Shown here piece after piece: positions 1 to 8,745 of a stretch of DNA of 20,209 nt; the first letter of the stretch is position 1, and every line of letters starts with the position of its first letter. This DNA is from a virus. Lineage: Duplodnaviria > Heunggongvirae > Uroviricota > Caudoviricetes. The notes beneath the pieces were generated by a model. It worked only from the letters and a program-made list of their open reading frames with translations. It searched no databases and was not told the origin of the DNA. The position numbers and the translations under genes were made by a program. The stretch spans positions 1-20,209 of IMG/VR virus record IMGVR_UViG_2671181012_000014. One strand, written 5' to 3'.

Positions 1-840
1 TTCTCCCAAACCAAGGTATGCGAGAAGACCAGCTACATCCTTTCCACTCAAATGAGTCAGCGTCTCATCCAGTGGCTGCTTACCTGACAGCGCATTGTTA
101 ATGGTGGTACTGAATTTCGGGTCATTGTTAATGGCTGCGGCAATTTCTTTCAGTGTGTCCAGCGTGGCTGGCGCACCGTTAATCAGAGCGGTAATAGCGG
201 CCTGAACAAACGCAGTGGTCGCAATCCGCGTGGTGTTATTTCCTGCGGCAGGCGTCGGCGCTTTTGGTTCTCCGGTAAATGTCGGATTATGTTTCTGTGC
301 ATACTGGGTATGAGGATCCAGTGCGGCAATGTGGTTTCTCATCTGTTCATCCACATACAGCCTTAATTCCAGGACTTCATCATCCACGTATTTACGGGTC
401 GCCAGTACCACCGACGGGTCGATTTTCAGCGTGATGGCTTCGGTATTCGTGACAACCAGAATCATGCGGATAGTCTGGGTACGACCACTGCCTTCCTGCA
501 ACTGCGGTTTGTACGTTTCCGGGCAGTTCGCCACCGCAATGAGTACGCCTTCATCATCATAAAGCCCAATCTCACGGATCCAGAATCCGCCCTCGTTCTC
601 AGGGATGATTTGCTCCGCAATAATCTGGCTCTGGTTGTTCGGGTCAACACTCAGAAGATTCAGCGGCGCGATGCGTTTCTGGTTAATCAGTTTTGTCTGT
701 GCCGGGTCTGGTGTCGGCAAGACACCATTCGCATCACCAACGGCCATTTGCGTCAGATTCAGCTTACTGCCGAGCATCGTCGCGTTAGCCAGCCGTGCAG
801 CGCCCTGATTAGTCAGAATGGCGTAGTATTTCACTGTCAT
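1..840 (-). CDS. H: Tail fibre protein gpH, N-terminal part (gene continues beyond window start)
   Basis: Open frame on - strand from ATG (revcomp of cat 838-840) running off position 1; my translation starts MTVKYYAILTNQGAARLANATMLGSKLNLTQMAVGDANGVLPTPDPAQ..., the conserved N-terminal domain of P2-type tail fibres. ATGA start/stop overlap with gene I. Not in ORF track because it is truncated by the window edge. Confidence 0.8.
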   Translation of the reverse strand, partial: MTVKYYAILTNQGAARLANATMLGSKLNLTQMAVGDANGVLPTPDPAQTKLINQKRIAPLNLLSVDPNNQSQIIAEQIIPENEGGFWIREIGLYDDEGVLIAVANCPETYKPQLQEGSGRTQTIRMILVVTNTEAITLKIDPSVVLATRKYVDDEVLELRLYVDEQMRNHIAALDPHTQYAQKHNPTFTGEPKAPTPAAGNNTTRIATTAFVQAAITALINGAPATLDTLKEIAAAINNDPKFSTTINNALSGKQPLDETLTHLSGKDVAGLLAYLGLGE

Positions 841-1448
841 GCGTTTACTCTCAGGTTATCAATTAAATGAATGGCCGAGGCCGGGAAATAATCCCCTCCG
901 ACAATAATGGCCTCCGGGGTGTAGGGATAAACCGTCAGGGCGTCGCCGTGATAGCATCCCGCACCGGCAAAAATGTTGCCGGTTGTACTTAAACTGATAG
1001 CCAGTCCCGTCAGATGGCGGCTTGCCGGTTTTGCATCAGCAACGAGGCGCTCCAGCTCCTGATACATTTCCTCGGTAATACCCTGCTCAAGCACGCCAAC
1101 AACGATACGGAACGTCCCCGGCTCCTCGTTGAGTTGCCACCACTCCCTCACCTCAATCAGATAGCCGAGCGGCTCCACCACACGCCGGATTGCGCCTATA
1201 GTGCCCTTATGGCAGTGAATGAAATACGCATCGCGGATAACAGTGCGTTTTGTCGCTTCCGGCCACTTATCATCCCAGCGGTCAACCGAAAATGACCACG
1301 CCAGCCACGGCAGCAGATTTGCCGGGCAGGTGTCCGGGTTCCACAGCTCACGAATACTGACCGGCGTTTTTTCAATTTCCGCACAGGCTTTTGCGGCGGC
1401 GACTTCAAGCGGTGATGAGCCGGTCGGCAGCAGTCGCGAATCACTCAT
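837..1448 (-). CDS. I: Baseplate assembly protein gpI
   Basis: 203-aa ORF (MSDSRLLPTGSSPLEV...) in P2 V-W-J-I-H order; start overlaps J stop, stop overlaps H start (operon coupling). Confidence 0.8.
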   Translation of the reverse strand: MSDSRLLPTGSSPLEVAAAKACAEIEKTPVSIRELWNPDTCPANLLPWLAWSFSVDRWDDKWPEATKRTVIRDAYFIHCHKGTIGAIRRVVEPLGYLIEVREWWQLNEEPGTFRIVVGVLEQGITEEMYQELERLVADAKPASRHLTGLAISLSTTGNIFAGAGCYHGDALTVYPYTPEAIIVGGDYFPASAIHLIDNLRVNA

Positions 1449-2349
1449 CCGGGCCTCCCGTCACGACGCTGTATTCGGTACAGAAAGACGCCTGCGTACT
1501 GTTGAGCACAATGTCAGCCAGAGGTGCAGTCAGTTCGACACGCTGCACGCCTTCCACATGCAAGGCGGCATAAATGGCAGACAGACGGATGTCGCGCCCA
1601 AGCCGGTGCTGTGCCGTGATGTACGCTTCCAGTTTTTTCACGGCAGCAGCGCGGATGGGTTCGCTTTCGGGACCAGGGTAAAGGTAAAGCGTGGCGTTTA
1701 TCTGGTATTCAACGATGGCGGCAGACTGCACGGTCACGCGGTCGGCCACCGGCCTGACGTCCTCGCCATTAAGGGCGTTACGCACCACAGCCAGCAGGTC
1801 TTCGGATGCGACGCCGTTATTTTCACGTGACAGCACAGAGATGGTGACACAGGCAGGAGACGGACTGGTGACAGAGATATCTGCGACACGCCCGTCGGCA
1901 CTTCGACCATGATACTGATAGGCTCCCACTGACCCGGCGACGCTTAAGCCCTCAAAAGCCTGCTGAATACGCAGACGATAATCGGTGTCAGATTCCATCA
2001 CTGCCGGTGTCGGCGGGATAGTCGAATCATCTGCCGGGGTGATAATCAGGCGCGTGGTGTTGTAATTGGCACCAATCACATCAAGGTCATTACCGGCGGC
2101 ACAAGCCAGCATCACCGCCCGTGCGGCCTCATTCACACGCTGACGCCAGATAAGCTCACGATAAGCATTTTCCTCCAGCAGTTTGACGAGAGGCTCGGAT
2201 TCCAGCGTCAGGGTACGGGCGACCGCCTCCTGCTGGTCTTCCGGGTAAAGGGAAATCAGTGTCGCCTTGCGTTCGGCAAGAATGGTTTCAAAGTCCAGCT
2301 CCTCGACCACATCCGGTGCGGGTAGCTGGTTCAGGTCGATAATCGGCAT
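1441..2349 (-). CDS. J: Baseplate assembly protein gpJ
   Basis: 302-aa ORF (MPIIDLNQLPAPDVVEELDFE...), same size and position as P2 gpJ between W and I. Confidence 0.85.
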   Translation of the reverse strand: MPIIDLNQLPAPDVVEELDFETILAERKATLISLYPEDQQEAVARTLTLESEPLVKLLEENAYRELIWRQRVNEAARAVMLACAAGNDLDVIGANYNTTRLIITPADDSTIPPTPAVMESDTDYRLRIQQAFEGLSVAGSVGAYQYHGRSADGRVADISVTSPSPACVTISVLSRENNGVASEDLLAVVRNALNGEDVRPVADRVTVQSAAIVEYQINATLYLYPGPESEPIRAAAVKKLEAYITAQHRLGRDIRLSAIYAALHVEGVQRVELTAPLADIVLNSTQASFCTEYSVVTGGPDE

Positions 2350-2353
2350 GGTT

Positions 2354-2701
2354 TCAACTCACAGGGATGGTTAACGAAAGTGGCTGGCCGGTGTCGTTGT
2401 GCTGGCCGGTCAAAGTGACAGTCATTCGCCCGTCAAAACTGCGCTCAGTGGTGACGGATGACAGGGTTACGCGGGGTTCCCATTTCAGCACCGCCATGTA
2501 ACAGGCGACCTTAATCTGCAACTCAAGCGCCGGGGTCTGCGGCTGGTCAATCATTGACGCCAGCAACGAGCCGTAATCACGACGCATCACCCGTGAGCCG
2601 ACGGGGGTACGCAGGATATCGCCGATACTCTGGCTGATATGCTCAAGGTCAGTGACAGTCAGGCCATCACTGCGATTCATTCCGAGATAACGCGCAGTCA
2701 T
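2354..2701 (-). CDS. W: Baseplate protein gpW (gp25/GPW family)
   Basis: 115-aa ORF, size and position of P2 gpW; stop overlaps V. Confidence 0.8.
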   Translation of the reverse strand: MTARYLGMNRSDGLTVTDLEHISQSIGDILRTPVGSRVMRRDYGSLLASMIDQPQTPALELQIKVACYMAVLKWEPRVTLSSVTTERSFDGRMTVTLTGQHNDTGQPLSLTIPVS

Positions 2702-3333
2702 AGAGGTCCCCCGGTTGTGCCGCCGCTGTCGCCGGGGTGTTTATGGGTATGCAGTACCTTACCGTTTGATGAGAGCTCACCGCCGGTGTGTTCAATGTTG
2801 CCGCGCATCGTCCCGCCCTTCTGCACTTCCAGCGTGCCGGTAATCAGCCTGTTGGTGCAAACCACCTCCGGTGTGTCCAGGGTGACGCGGGTTGATGCTT
2901 TCACCATGACCACCGGCACCGTGGCAGTAACAGAATCAGAAGCCGTCACGCTGGCCGTTTTAATTCCGCTTACCGTGAGTGCACTGGTTTCAGGTTCATA
3001 TTCAATCACCGCCCCGTCAGGGAAACGGATATGCAGGGCATCAGACGACGCAGACGGCGCGGGGTTATCGCCGGAATAAATCCCCGGCAGAACGAACGCC
3101 GTGTCGAGTTCACCGCCCACGGCCAGAATCAGCACCTGTTCCCCCACGGAAGGTGCCCACCATGTGCGCGAACGTCCGGCGCGATGGGTCAGCCACTGAA
3201 GCCAGTCAGTGCACATGCCGCCGGTCTGCACACGGCAGCGACCGGCGTTAAGGTCGGTTTCGACGATAATGCCGGTGCGGATCATGTTGCGCAGTGCGCG
3301 CGCGAGTTCCTGAATATTTGCGAGAGTGTTCAT
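2698..3333 (-). CDS. V: Baseplate spike/assembly protein gpV
   Basis: 211-aa ORF (MNTLANIQELARALRNMIRTG...), size and position of P2 gpV, first gene of the V-W-J-I-H late operon. Confidence 0.8.
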   Translation of the reverse strand: MNTLANIQELARALRNMIRTGIIVETDLNAGRCRVQTGGMCTDWLQWLTHRAGRSRTWWAPSVGEQVLILAVGGELDTAFVLPGIYSGDNPAPSASSDALHIRFPDGAVIEYEPETSALTVSGIKTASVTASDSVTATVPVVMVKASTRVTLDTPEVVCTNRLITGTLEVQKGGTMRGNIEHTGGELSSNGKVLHTHKHPGDSGGTTGGPL

Positions 3334-3399
3334 AACGGGAAGGATGCCGCCGGGTCATACCGGCGGCAATGTGACGATGAGGTGTCGGGAATGGCACAA

Positions 3400-3852
3400 C
3401 TAACGGTCGAGGTGAGCCAGAATAATCTCTTCAATCATCTGCACATCCTCACCGGTAAAGCCGAGCAGAGGACGCGCCGGATAATCAATTTTCTTACCGT
3501 CTTTCCGGTTTTCTTCCGACAGACCGAACTGATGCACACTGGCGATTTTCGGCGACTTCCCGCCGTAAAATCCCATTGATGCCTGCTCCGGGCTGGCGCG
3601 GATATGCAAAAAACGACTGGTAATAAGTTTCGCAAACATTTTTCGCTTAACGCGACCGGTCTTTTTTCTGGCGCTCTGCTGCTGGCGTGGCACGTAGGGT
3701 GTGCCGTCCGGGGCTTTCTGTGCCATCACCCGACGCTGCTGACTCTGCCGCAGACGTTTCGCCAGTTCGGCACTCAGTCGTCGACGCCCTGACGGTGACA
3801 GCGACTCAATCAGTCCGGTCAGCCGGTCTTCAAAACGCTTAAACTCATTCAT
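3400..3852 (-). CDS. S: Tail completion protein gpS
   Basis: 150-aa ORF (MNEFKRFEDRLTGLIESL...), size and position of P2 gpS; start overlaps R stop. Confidence 0.75.
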   Translation of the reverse strand: MNEFKRFEDRLTGLIESLSPSGRRRLSAELAKRLRQSQQRRVMAQKAPDGTPYVPRQQQSARKKTGRVKRKMFAKLITSRFLHIRASPEQASMGFYGGKSPKIASVHQFGLSEENRKDGKKIDYPARPLLGFTGEDVQMIEEIILAHLDR

Positions 3853-4312
3853 CCCACTTGCTCACCAGTTCGCCATTGATATAAAGCTCCATCGGGCGGG
3901 TGACCGGCTCCGGCGGCGTGGGTTCCGGGATATTCTTCACATGCAGTGCGCCGTCGACCTCACTGACCAGCGTGCGCTCGGTCAGCATCAGGCTGATGCT
4001 GATATCAAAGCTGCTGTCATTGTTGATGTCTGCATAAAACGTGAAGCCCTTTTTCTGGCCTTCGTCGGTGGTCATGATGTCGGGCTGATTTTCCCGCAGC
4101 CACGCCAGCACCGGCACGATGAGCAGGTCAAAATCACCGGTAAAGTCGGTCACAATGACATTGAGCGTGTAACGCTTTTCAAATGACATCGACGTCGCCA
4201 GTGTGGAGGCAATACTCCCGTTATCCACGAATATCCGCAGCATCTCTGGACTGGTTTTCAGCACCGTGACGGCATCAGTCAGCGCCCTGCGCAGGCTGTC
4301 GGGTTTGAGCAT
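3845..4312 (-). CDS. R: Tail completion protein gpR
   Basis: 155-aa ORF (MLKPDSLRRALTDAVTVLK...), size and position of P2 gpR downstream of the lysis genes. Confidence 0.75.
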   Translation of the reverse strand: MLKPDSLRRALTDAVTVLKTSPEMLRIFVDNGSIASTLATSMSFEKRYTLNVIVTDFTGDFDLLIVPVLAWLRENQPDIMTTDEGQKKGFTFYADINNDSSFDISISLMLTERTLVSEVDGALHVKNIPEPTPPEPVTRPMELYINGELVSKWDE

Positions 4313-4565
4313 CGTTTTCGTCCTGACAGTGTTTAATCATTTTTACCTGGCTGGCACAGCGCGCCAGCGCGTTCTCAAGCTGCCGGATATCGGCACTTAA
4401 ATCGCCGTTCTTCTCCGGGTCACTGCCCGGCATCGGGCAAAGACTCACTTTCGGGCAGGCGTTGTGGACAATCACTGGCGTCGGCGCAGGCCGGGCGCTG
4501 GTGCAACCGGCGCACAGCATCAGGCAGGTCAGCACCGTACCAGCGGCGAAAATCTTCGTTTTCAT
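4275..4565 (-). CDS. lysC: Rz1-like outer-membrane lipoprotein spanin (o-spanin, LysC-like), embedded out of frame in lysB and running into R
   Basis: Internal ATG (revcomp of cat 4563-4565) gives MKTKIFAAGTVLTCLMLCAGCTS...: signal peptide plus lipobox LCAGC, Pro-rich mature part. Lies in a different frame inside the Rz-like gene and overlaps the 5' end of R by 38 nt, the classic embedded spanin architecture. ORF-track frame starts further upstream at 4682. Confidence 0.7.
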   Translation of the reverse strand: MKTKIFAAGTVLTCLMLCAGCTSARPAPTPVIVHNACPKVSLCPMPGSDPEKNGDLSADIRQLENALARCASQVKMIKHCQDENDAQTRQPAQGAD

Positions 4566-4845
4566 TAAGTAACCTCGTGATGGTTTTCTCGCGCAGTGCT
4601 TCACGCTTCGCGGCGTTCTCCAGTTCCTGACGCAGTACCACCTGCGCCAGCTCGTTTTTGTCTGCCCTGGTGAGCGCAACATGAAGCTGATTTTTCAGCA
4701 TGGTGATGGTCGTCAGCTGTTCACTGGCGACGTTATTCGCCCTGTCCAGCGAGGCGCGCAGGCTGGCATTTTTGTGTTTCACCAGAAACAGACCGGCCAC
4801 CGCCAGCGATAACAACACGACCAGCACAATCATCAGCTTTGACAT
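4420..4845 (-). CDS. lysB: Rz-like inner-membrane spanin (i-spanin, LysB-like)
   Basis: 141-aa ORF with N-terminal TM segment (MSKLMIVLVVLLSLAVAGLFLV) followed by a charged coiled-coil-like region; position after lysA in the lysis cassette. Confidence 0.75.
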   Translation of the reverse strand: MSKLMIVLVVLLSLAVAGLFLVKHKNASLRASLDRANNVASEQLTTITMLKNQLHVALTRADKNELAQVVLRQELENAAKREALREKTITRLLNENEDFRRWYGADLPDAVRRLHQRPACADASDCPQRLPESESLPDAGQ

Positions 4846-5258
4846 AGTTCCCGCCCCTCAAAACGCTGACGGCAGGCCGTACGTATCAGCCGGAAGAACA
4901 CCGACGCCACGAGGTAAATCAGCGCAGTAAAAATCCACCCGGCAGCGACCAGCGAGATAAACGTCGCCACCATCACCACCAGAGCCGCCGCCCGTCTGCG
5001 CCACGGCACCGGCTGCAAAAACAGCGACGCGACAATCTTCACGGCCAGCGATTCCGGCGGCAGCTCCCGCCCGTAGCGTTCCAGCACATACTCAGTGGCA
5101 TACACGCCGACACCACCGGCAACCACACAGATAACCGTCGCCAGAATCGCCCAGGCGGCGACAAAATTGACGGCCACGCTCTGCGGGTAAATCAGGGACA
5201 GTGCCAGCATCAGCGCCAGCGACACGTTCAGCATCAGTGAAATGGATAATTTCTTCAT
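4833..5258 (-). CDS. lysA: LysA-like membrane protein (lysis timing accessory)
   Basis: 141-aa ORF with several hydrophobic TM segments; position between endolysin K and lysB as in P2. Confidence 0.7.
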   Translation of the reverse strand: MKKLSISLMLNVSLALMLALSLIYPQSVAVNFVAAWAILATVICVVAGGVGVYATEYVLERYGRELPPESLAVKIVASLFLQPVPWRRRAAALVVMVATFISLVAAGWIFTALIYLVASVFFRLIRTACRQRFEGRELCQS

Positions 5259-5272
5259 GGTGTTTACTCCGT

Positions 5273-5770
5273 TTAAGCCGGTACGCCGCCAGCGGTACGC
5301 CAGACGGTGACCAGTTTTTCCAGTGAATGCTCACGCTGACCGTAACCGGCACCCGGCAGGGACGCCCAGATATTGCGACAGCGTGAAATGGCGCGCTCAA
5401 TGCGTCCCGCCCGAATGTCATCCAGTGCACCGCGTTCGCGGATCAACTGAATGGCAAGTCTGTCCTGTGACAACGGACTGAAATCCGGCAGGGCAAGCTG
5501 TTTGCGGTAATGCGGCCAGAACAGGTAAAGCTGCTGATAGCGACCGGAGGCCGTGGATTTTTCACCGCGACGGTTAAACACCTTCGCCGGTCGGCCATGT
5601 GCGAACGGGTGGTCACTGTAGTCGGTGAAAATTTCCGGCTTCCCGTCCAGTCCGGTGACTATCACGTCATAGCCCCGGTTTTTCGTCAGCGGATGGTTTG
5701 CCGTCCCTTCGGACACGGCCAGCATGTCGAGAAAGGCGGCGATATTCTGATGCGTGTTAATAACCGGCAT
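5273..5770 (-). CDS. K: Endolysin gpK (lambda R-like muramidase/transglycosylase family)
   Basis: 165-aa ORF; motifs AFLDMLAVSEGT, GYDVIV, FTDYSDHP, GRYQ, YRKQL, ERGAL, CRNIWASLPGAGYGQ align by eye with phage lambda R endolysin as I recall it. Stop overlaps holin start (TAATG). Confidence 0.85.
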   Translation of the reverse strand: MPVINTHQNIAAFLDMLAVSEGTANHPLTKNRGYDVIVTGLDGKPEIFTDYSDHPFAHGRPAKVFNRRGEKSTASGRYQQLYLFWPHYRKQLALPDFSPLSQDRLAIQLIRERGALDDIRAGRIERAISRCRNIWASLPGAGYGQREHSLEKLVTVWRTAGGVPA

Positions 5771-6051
5771 TACGGTTTCCCCCTGCCCTTAAAGCGGCGC
5801 TGAATGGCAATCTCAATCACCTGATAACCGGCGATACCCAGCATGGAGCCGATGCCGCACACCGCAGGCAGTGACAGGTCAGGAAACTGCACCAGAACAA
5901 CACCGGCAACCATCGAGACAAAACCACCGAGCAACATGCGCCCGATAAACAGACGCGGGGTGATGGGTTCACCACCGGCAAGCACCTTGCCGACAACAAT
6001 CAGCACTCCAATCATAAAAAGCGACAGGACGCTTTTTTCTTCTGCTGTCAT
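5770..6051 (-). CDS. Y: Holin gpY
   Basis: 93-aa ORF with multiple TM segments and charged C-terminus (QRRFKGRGKP), directly upstream of endolysin; GGGAG Shine-Dalgarno before the ATG. Confidence 0.8.
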   Translation of the reverse strand: MTAEEKSVLSLFMIGVLIVVGKVLAGGEPITPRLFIGRMLLGGFVSMVAGVVLVQFPDLSLPAVCGIGSMLGIAGYQVIEIAIQRRFKGRGKP

Positions 6052-6054
6052 GCG

Positions 6055-6258
6055 TTACTCCCACAGATTGACAGTTTCAGCCACGGGCGCGGTCTGAACG
6101 TCGGGCAGTTCGACGGCGGTGCCGTGCGGCAGCACCGCGCCCAGTTCAGCCAGTCCCGGATTTGCGGCGAGCACGGTCTCAACCACGCCCTCAGTGCGCC
6201 CGTAATACCGGACACAAATGGCGTCGAGCGTGTCGCCCTGTAGCGCAAAGGTCTTCAT
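6055..6258 (-). CDS. X: Tail protein gpX (LysM-like)
   Basis: Internal ATG at 6258 gives 67-aa MKTFALQGDTLDAICVRYYGRTEGVVETVLAANPGLAELGAVL..., matching P2 gpX as I recall it. TGATG overlap with L stop. The ORF-track extension to 6327 overlaps L and is not used. Confidence 0.8.
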   Translation of the reverse strand: MKTFALQGDTLDAICVRYYGRTEGVVETVLAANPGLAELGAVLPHGTAVELPDVQTAPVAETVNLWE

Positions 6259-6767
6259 CAGATTTGACTCACGATGCAGCGCGGCTTGTCCTGGATACGC
6301 GCCACTGCCCAGCGCATATCCCGCCACAGCTCATCAATGGTGCTGTCAATGCTGTCGGCCTTCTTGTCGCCTTTCGCACTGGCATCCACACCGCGATAAC
6401 GTTCATAAAGCGACGCGGTCGCCATCGCACACACGGCGCGCTCGTAGTAAAAAACTTTGATGCTTTCACCGTCGATGTCGTCCGCCGGGACGTCCGCCAG
6501 ACGCGTAAAACCGGCGGCAATTTTCTGTTCGCGGTACTCGTACAGCTCCGCATTCGTCTCCGCCATGCCTGACTTGATGGCCTCACGCAGACGGGCGGGG
6601 GCGACGGTCTGCTCAAGGCGCATACGTTCCCGGACGCGCTTCGGGTCGATATCGGGAAAAAAGAACGTGTTTTTAATCACCGGCTCGTCGCCTGCCGGTT
6701 GCGGGATGACCACCGTACCCTCACCGGACACGGGAGCCTCCTTTCGCGGAATAATCAGCGTCATCAT
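6258..6767 (-). CDS. L: Head completion/stabilisation protein gpL
   Basis: ATG at 6767 gives 169-aa MMTLIIPRKEAPVSGEGTVVIPQPAGDEPVIK..., matching P2 gpL size and sequence from memory. The ORF-track start at 6827 is an upstream extension. Confidence 0.8.
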   Translation of the reverse strand: MMTLIIPRKEAPVSGEGTVVIPQPAGDEPVIKNTFFFPDIDPKRVRERMRLEQTVAPARLREAIKSGMAETNAELYEYREQKIAAGFTRLADVPADDIDGESIKVFYYERAVCAMATASLYERYRGVDASAKGDKKADSIDSTIDELWRDMRWAVARIQDKPRCIVSQI

Positions 6768-6866
6768 GACTACCTCTGAAAAGTCGGGCGGTGGACGCCG
6801 GTGCAGTGTCAGGTGATTCACCCTCACTGACCGGCGTGCCGCCCTGGCGCGGGGCGCATTCGGTTG

Positions 6867-7610
6867 TTAACTGGCTTTCTTTTTCGGGCGTCCACGTTTT
6901 GCCGGTGTCACGCTCCGGATCTTACGCGGGGCGCGGGTGGCCGCTTTGGGCTGCGGCTCCGGCTTCGGTTTCAGCTCCCGCTCCAGTCGTTCAATCTCTT
7001 TTTTGACGCCTGCCTGACAGTCGAGCTGTGTCGCACGTTGCAGGTGAGCCAGCGCACCGGCGGCATCACCACCGTCACGCAGAAACAGACCGGTGATTTT
7101 GTGCAGCTTTGCGCGCACTTCATCAGGCATGTCAGCCGTGGCGGTCAGTTCAAGGGTCTCCGTCAGCAGGCGGGTATCCACAGACTCACCGGCAGCGTGA
7201 GCGCGCATGGCCGCGAGCGCCACCTCCTCGGTGAACATGTACGGCGGGGTGCGGCGGTGTTTACCCGGCATGGTCAGACCGTACTTCAGGGCATAACGGG
7301 CAATCTCCAGCGCACCGGCAATATCGCCGGTATCCAGACGCCACAGCATGACCGTCATCAGAATGTCATCCTGTGCACCTTTGCCCTGCTCCAGCACGCC
7401 GTTCACCCACGGCAACCAGAACGGCAGCAGTTCGCGCTTTTTCGCGGCCTTAAGCTCTTTTGAATAAATCGCTTTCAGTGTGCGCTGGTCTGCGGCGAGC
7501 TTAACCAGCATCTGCTCATAGACAGTTGCATGTCGCAGCGGGGCGGCTTCCCGCTGCGCGGTCATCGCTGCCGAGACCCGCATCATGTGGCGCTGTGCGG
7601 GACTCGTCAT
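6867..7610 (-). CDS. M: Terminase endonuclease (small) subunit gpM
   Basis: 247-aa ORF with very basic C-terminal tail (KRGRPKKKAS), size and position of P2 gpM. Confidence 0.8.
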   Translation of the reverse strand: MTSPAQRHMMRVSAAMTAQREAAPLRHATVYEQMLVKLAADQRTLKAIYSKELKAAKKRELLPFWLPWVNGVLEQGKGAQDDILMTVMLWRLDTGDIAGALEIARYALKYGLTMPGKHRRTPPYMFTEEVALAAMRAHAAGESVDTRLLTETLELTATADMPDEVRAKLHKITGLFLRDGGDAAGALAHLQRATQLDCQAGVKKEIERLERELKPKPEPQPKAATRAPRKIRSVTPAKRGRPKKKAS

Positions 7611-7613
7611 CGG

Positions 7614-8687
7614 TTACGCTCCCGGCTCTGCGGTCGCCTTAGTCGGTGTGGAGAAATCACCGACCTTAATTTTTTCCACCAGGCAACCGGCGGCGTAGTC
7701 TTCCACCACGTAATCAATATTCATTGACTCGTAGTTCTCCACGCGGTCGAGTTTCGGGTTTTCCTCAATCACGCGGCGATGGCTGTCATCCATGTAGTAG
7801 ATGGACAGGTTTTCCAGCTTCGTGATGAGCATCGCATCCGCCGGGAAGTACGGGACGCGTACCGCCGGCAGGTTGCCGATGCGTTTCTGGCTGATGATGA
7901 CGTCAGCGGCCAGCATCTCGCTGTTGTCCTGCTCCTTGTTGACGATGGGGAAATACTTGTCCGCCAGTAGCTGACGCCCCACAATCACCACAAGGTCAGG
8001 GTCTTCCTGATACCACGGCTCAATCAGGTTGTTGGTCGCATCCATCACCAGTGCGTCAAGGCTGGCATAATCACCGCCCTTACCCACGCGGATGACCTCA
8101 GAGGTCGTGTGACCTTCCTCGTCAGTGACCTTGCTCATCACGCGCGCCGGGGCTTCATTGCGGTATTTCTGCAGCCAGCCGACCGCCACATCCTGCAGCA
8201 TCGGATTGCTGCTGCGGTCAGAGGTTTCGGCACGCCTCACGCCGTTAAAACCGGCCATGATTAAATCAAGGGACTGGCGTTTGATAATGGCGTTACGGAC
8301 ACGGAGCTGGAAATCCTGATAACGCGCCCACAGGTCCAGCGTTTTGTAGCGGATATAAAAATCGAAGTTAATCTGGTCGCATTCGTACTTGTTTGACGCC
8401 AGCTTCGAGAAGTCCTTCGGCTGACGCTCGGTGCCACCGGCGGTGTCGGTGGTGCTGGCGATGGAGCCGGTGACACCGATGCCAATTTTTTCCCCTTTCA
8501 TTTCGCTGACCGGCACAATGTTGATGCGGGTCAGAAAGTCAGAGGACTCCTGCATGGTGTTCATCAGGGTCTGGGTGACCGACGGTTCAACGGTGAATTT
8601 TTTCGACACATCACCGGCGTCGATGCCGTTCAGTTCGGCAACACGGGACAGGTAGGCATTAAATTTAAAGCGGGTTTCCTGGCGCAT
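7614..8687 (-). CDS. N: Major capsid protein gpN
   Basis: 357-aa ORF (MRQETRFKFNAYLSRVAELNG...), size and position of P2 gpN between O and M. Confidence 0.85.
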   Translation of the reverse strand: MRQETRFKFNAYLSRVAELNGIDAGDVSKKFTVEPSVTQTLMNTMQESSDFLTRINIVPVSEMKGEKIGIGVTGSIASTTDTAGGTERQPKDFSKLASNKYECDQINFDFYIRYKTLDLWARYQDFQLRVRNAIIKRQSLDLIMAGFNGVRRAETSDRSSNPMLQDVAVGWLQKYRNEAPARVMSKVTDEEGHTTSEVIRVGKGGDYASLDALVMDATNNLIEPWYQEDPDLVVIVGRQLLADKYFPIVNKEQDNSEMLAADVIISQKRIGNLPAVRVPYFPADAMLITKLENLSIYYMDDSHRRVIEENPKLDRVENYESMNIDYVVEDYAAGCLVEKIKVGDFSTPTKATAEPGA

Positions 8688-8745
8688 AGTTTTTCCTGAA
8701 ATTAAGGGTTAATCGTGAAGGTTTTCCCGGACTGACTGACGCCGG

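Noticed and set aside
1219-1830. 203-aa + strand ORF antisense to genes I and J
   Set aside because: Fully overlaps well-supported structural genes on the opposite strand in high-GC DNA, where long antisense shadow ORFs are expected by chance.
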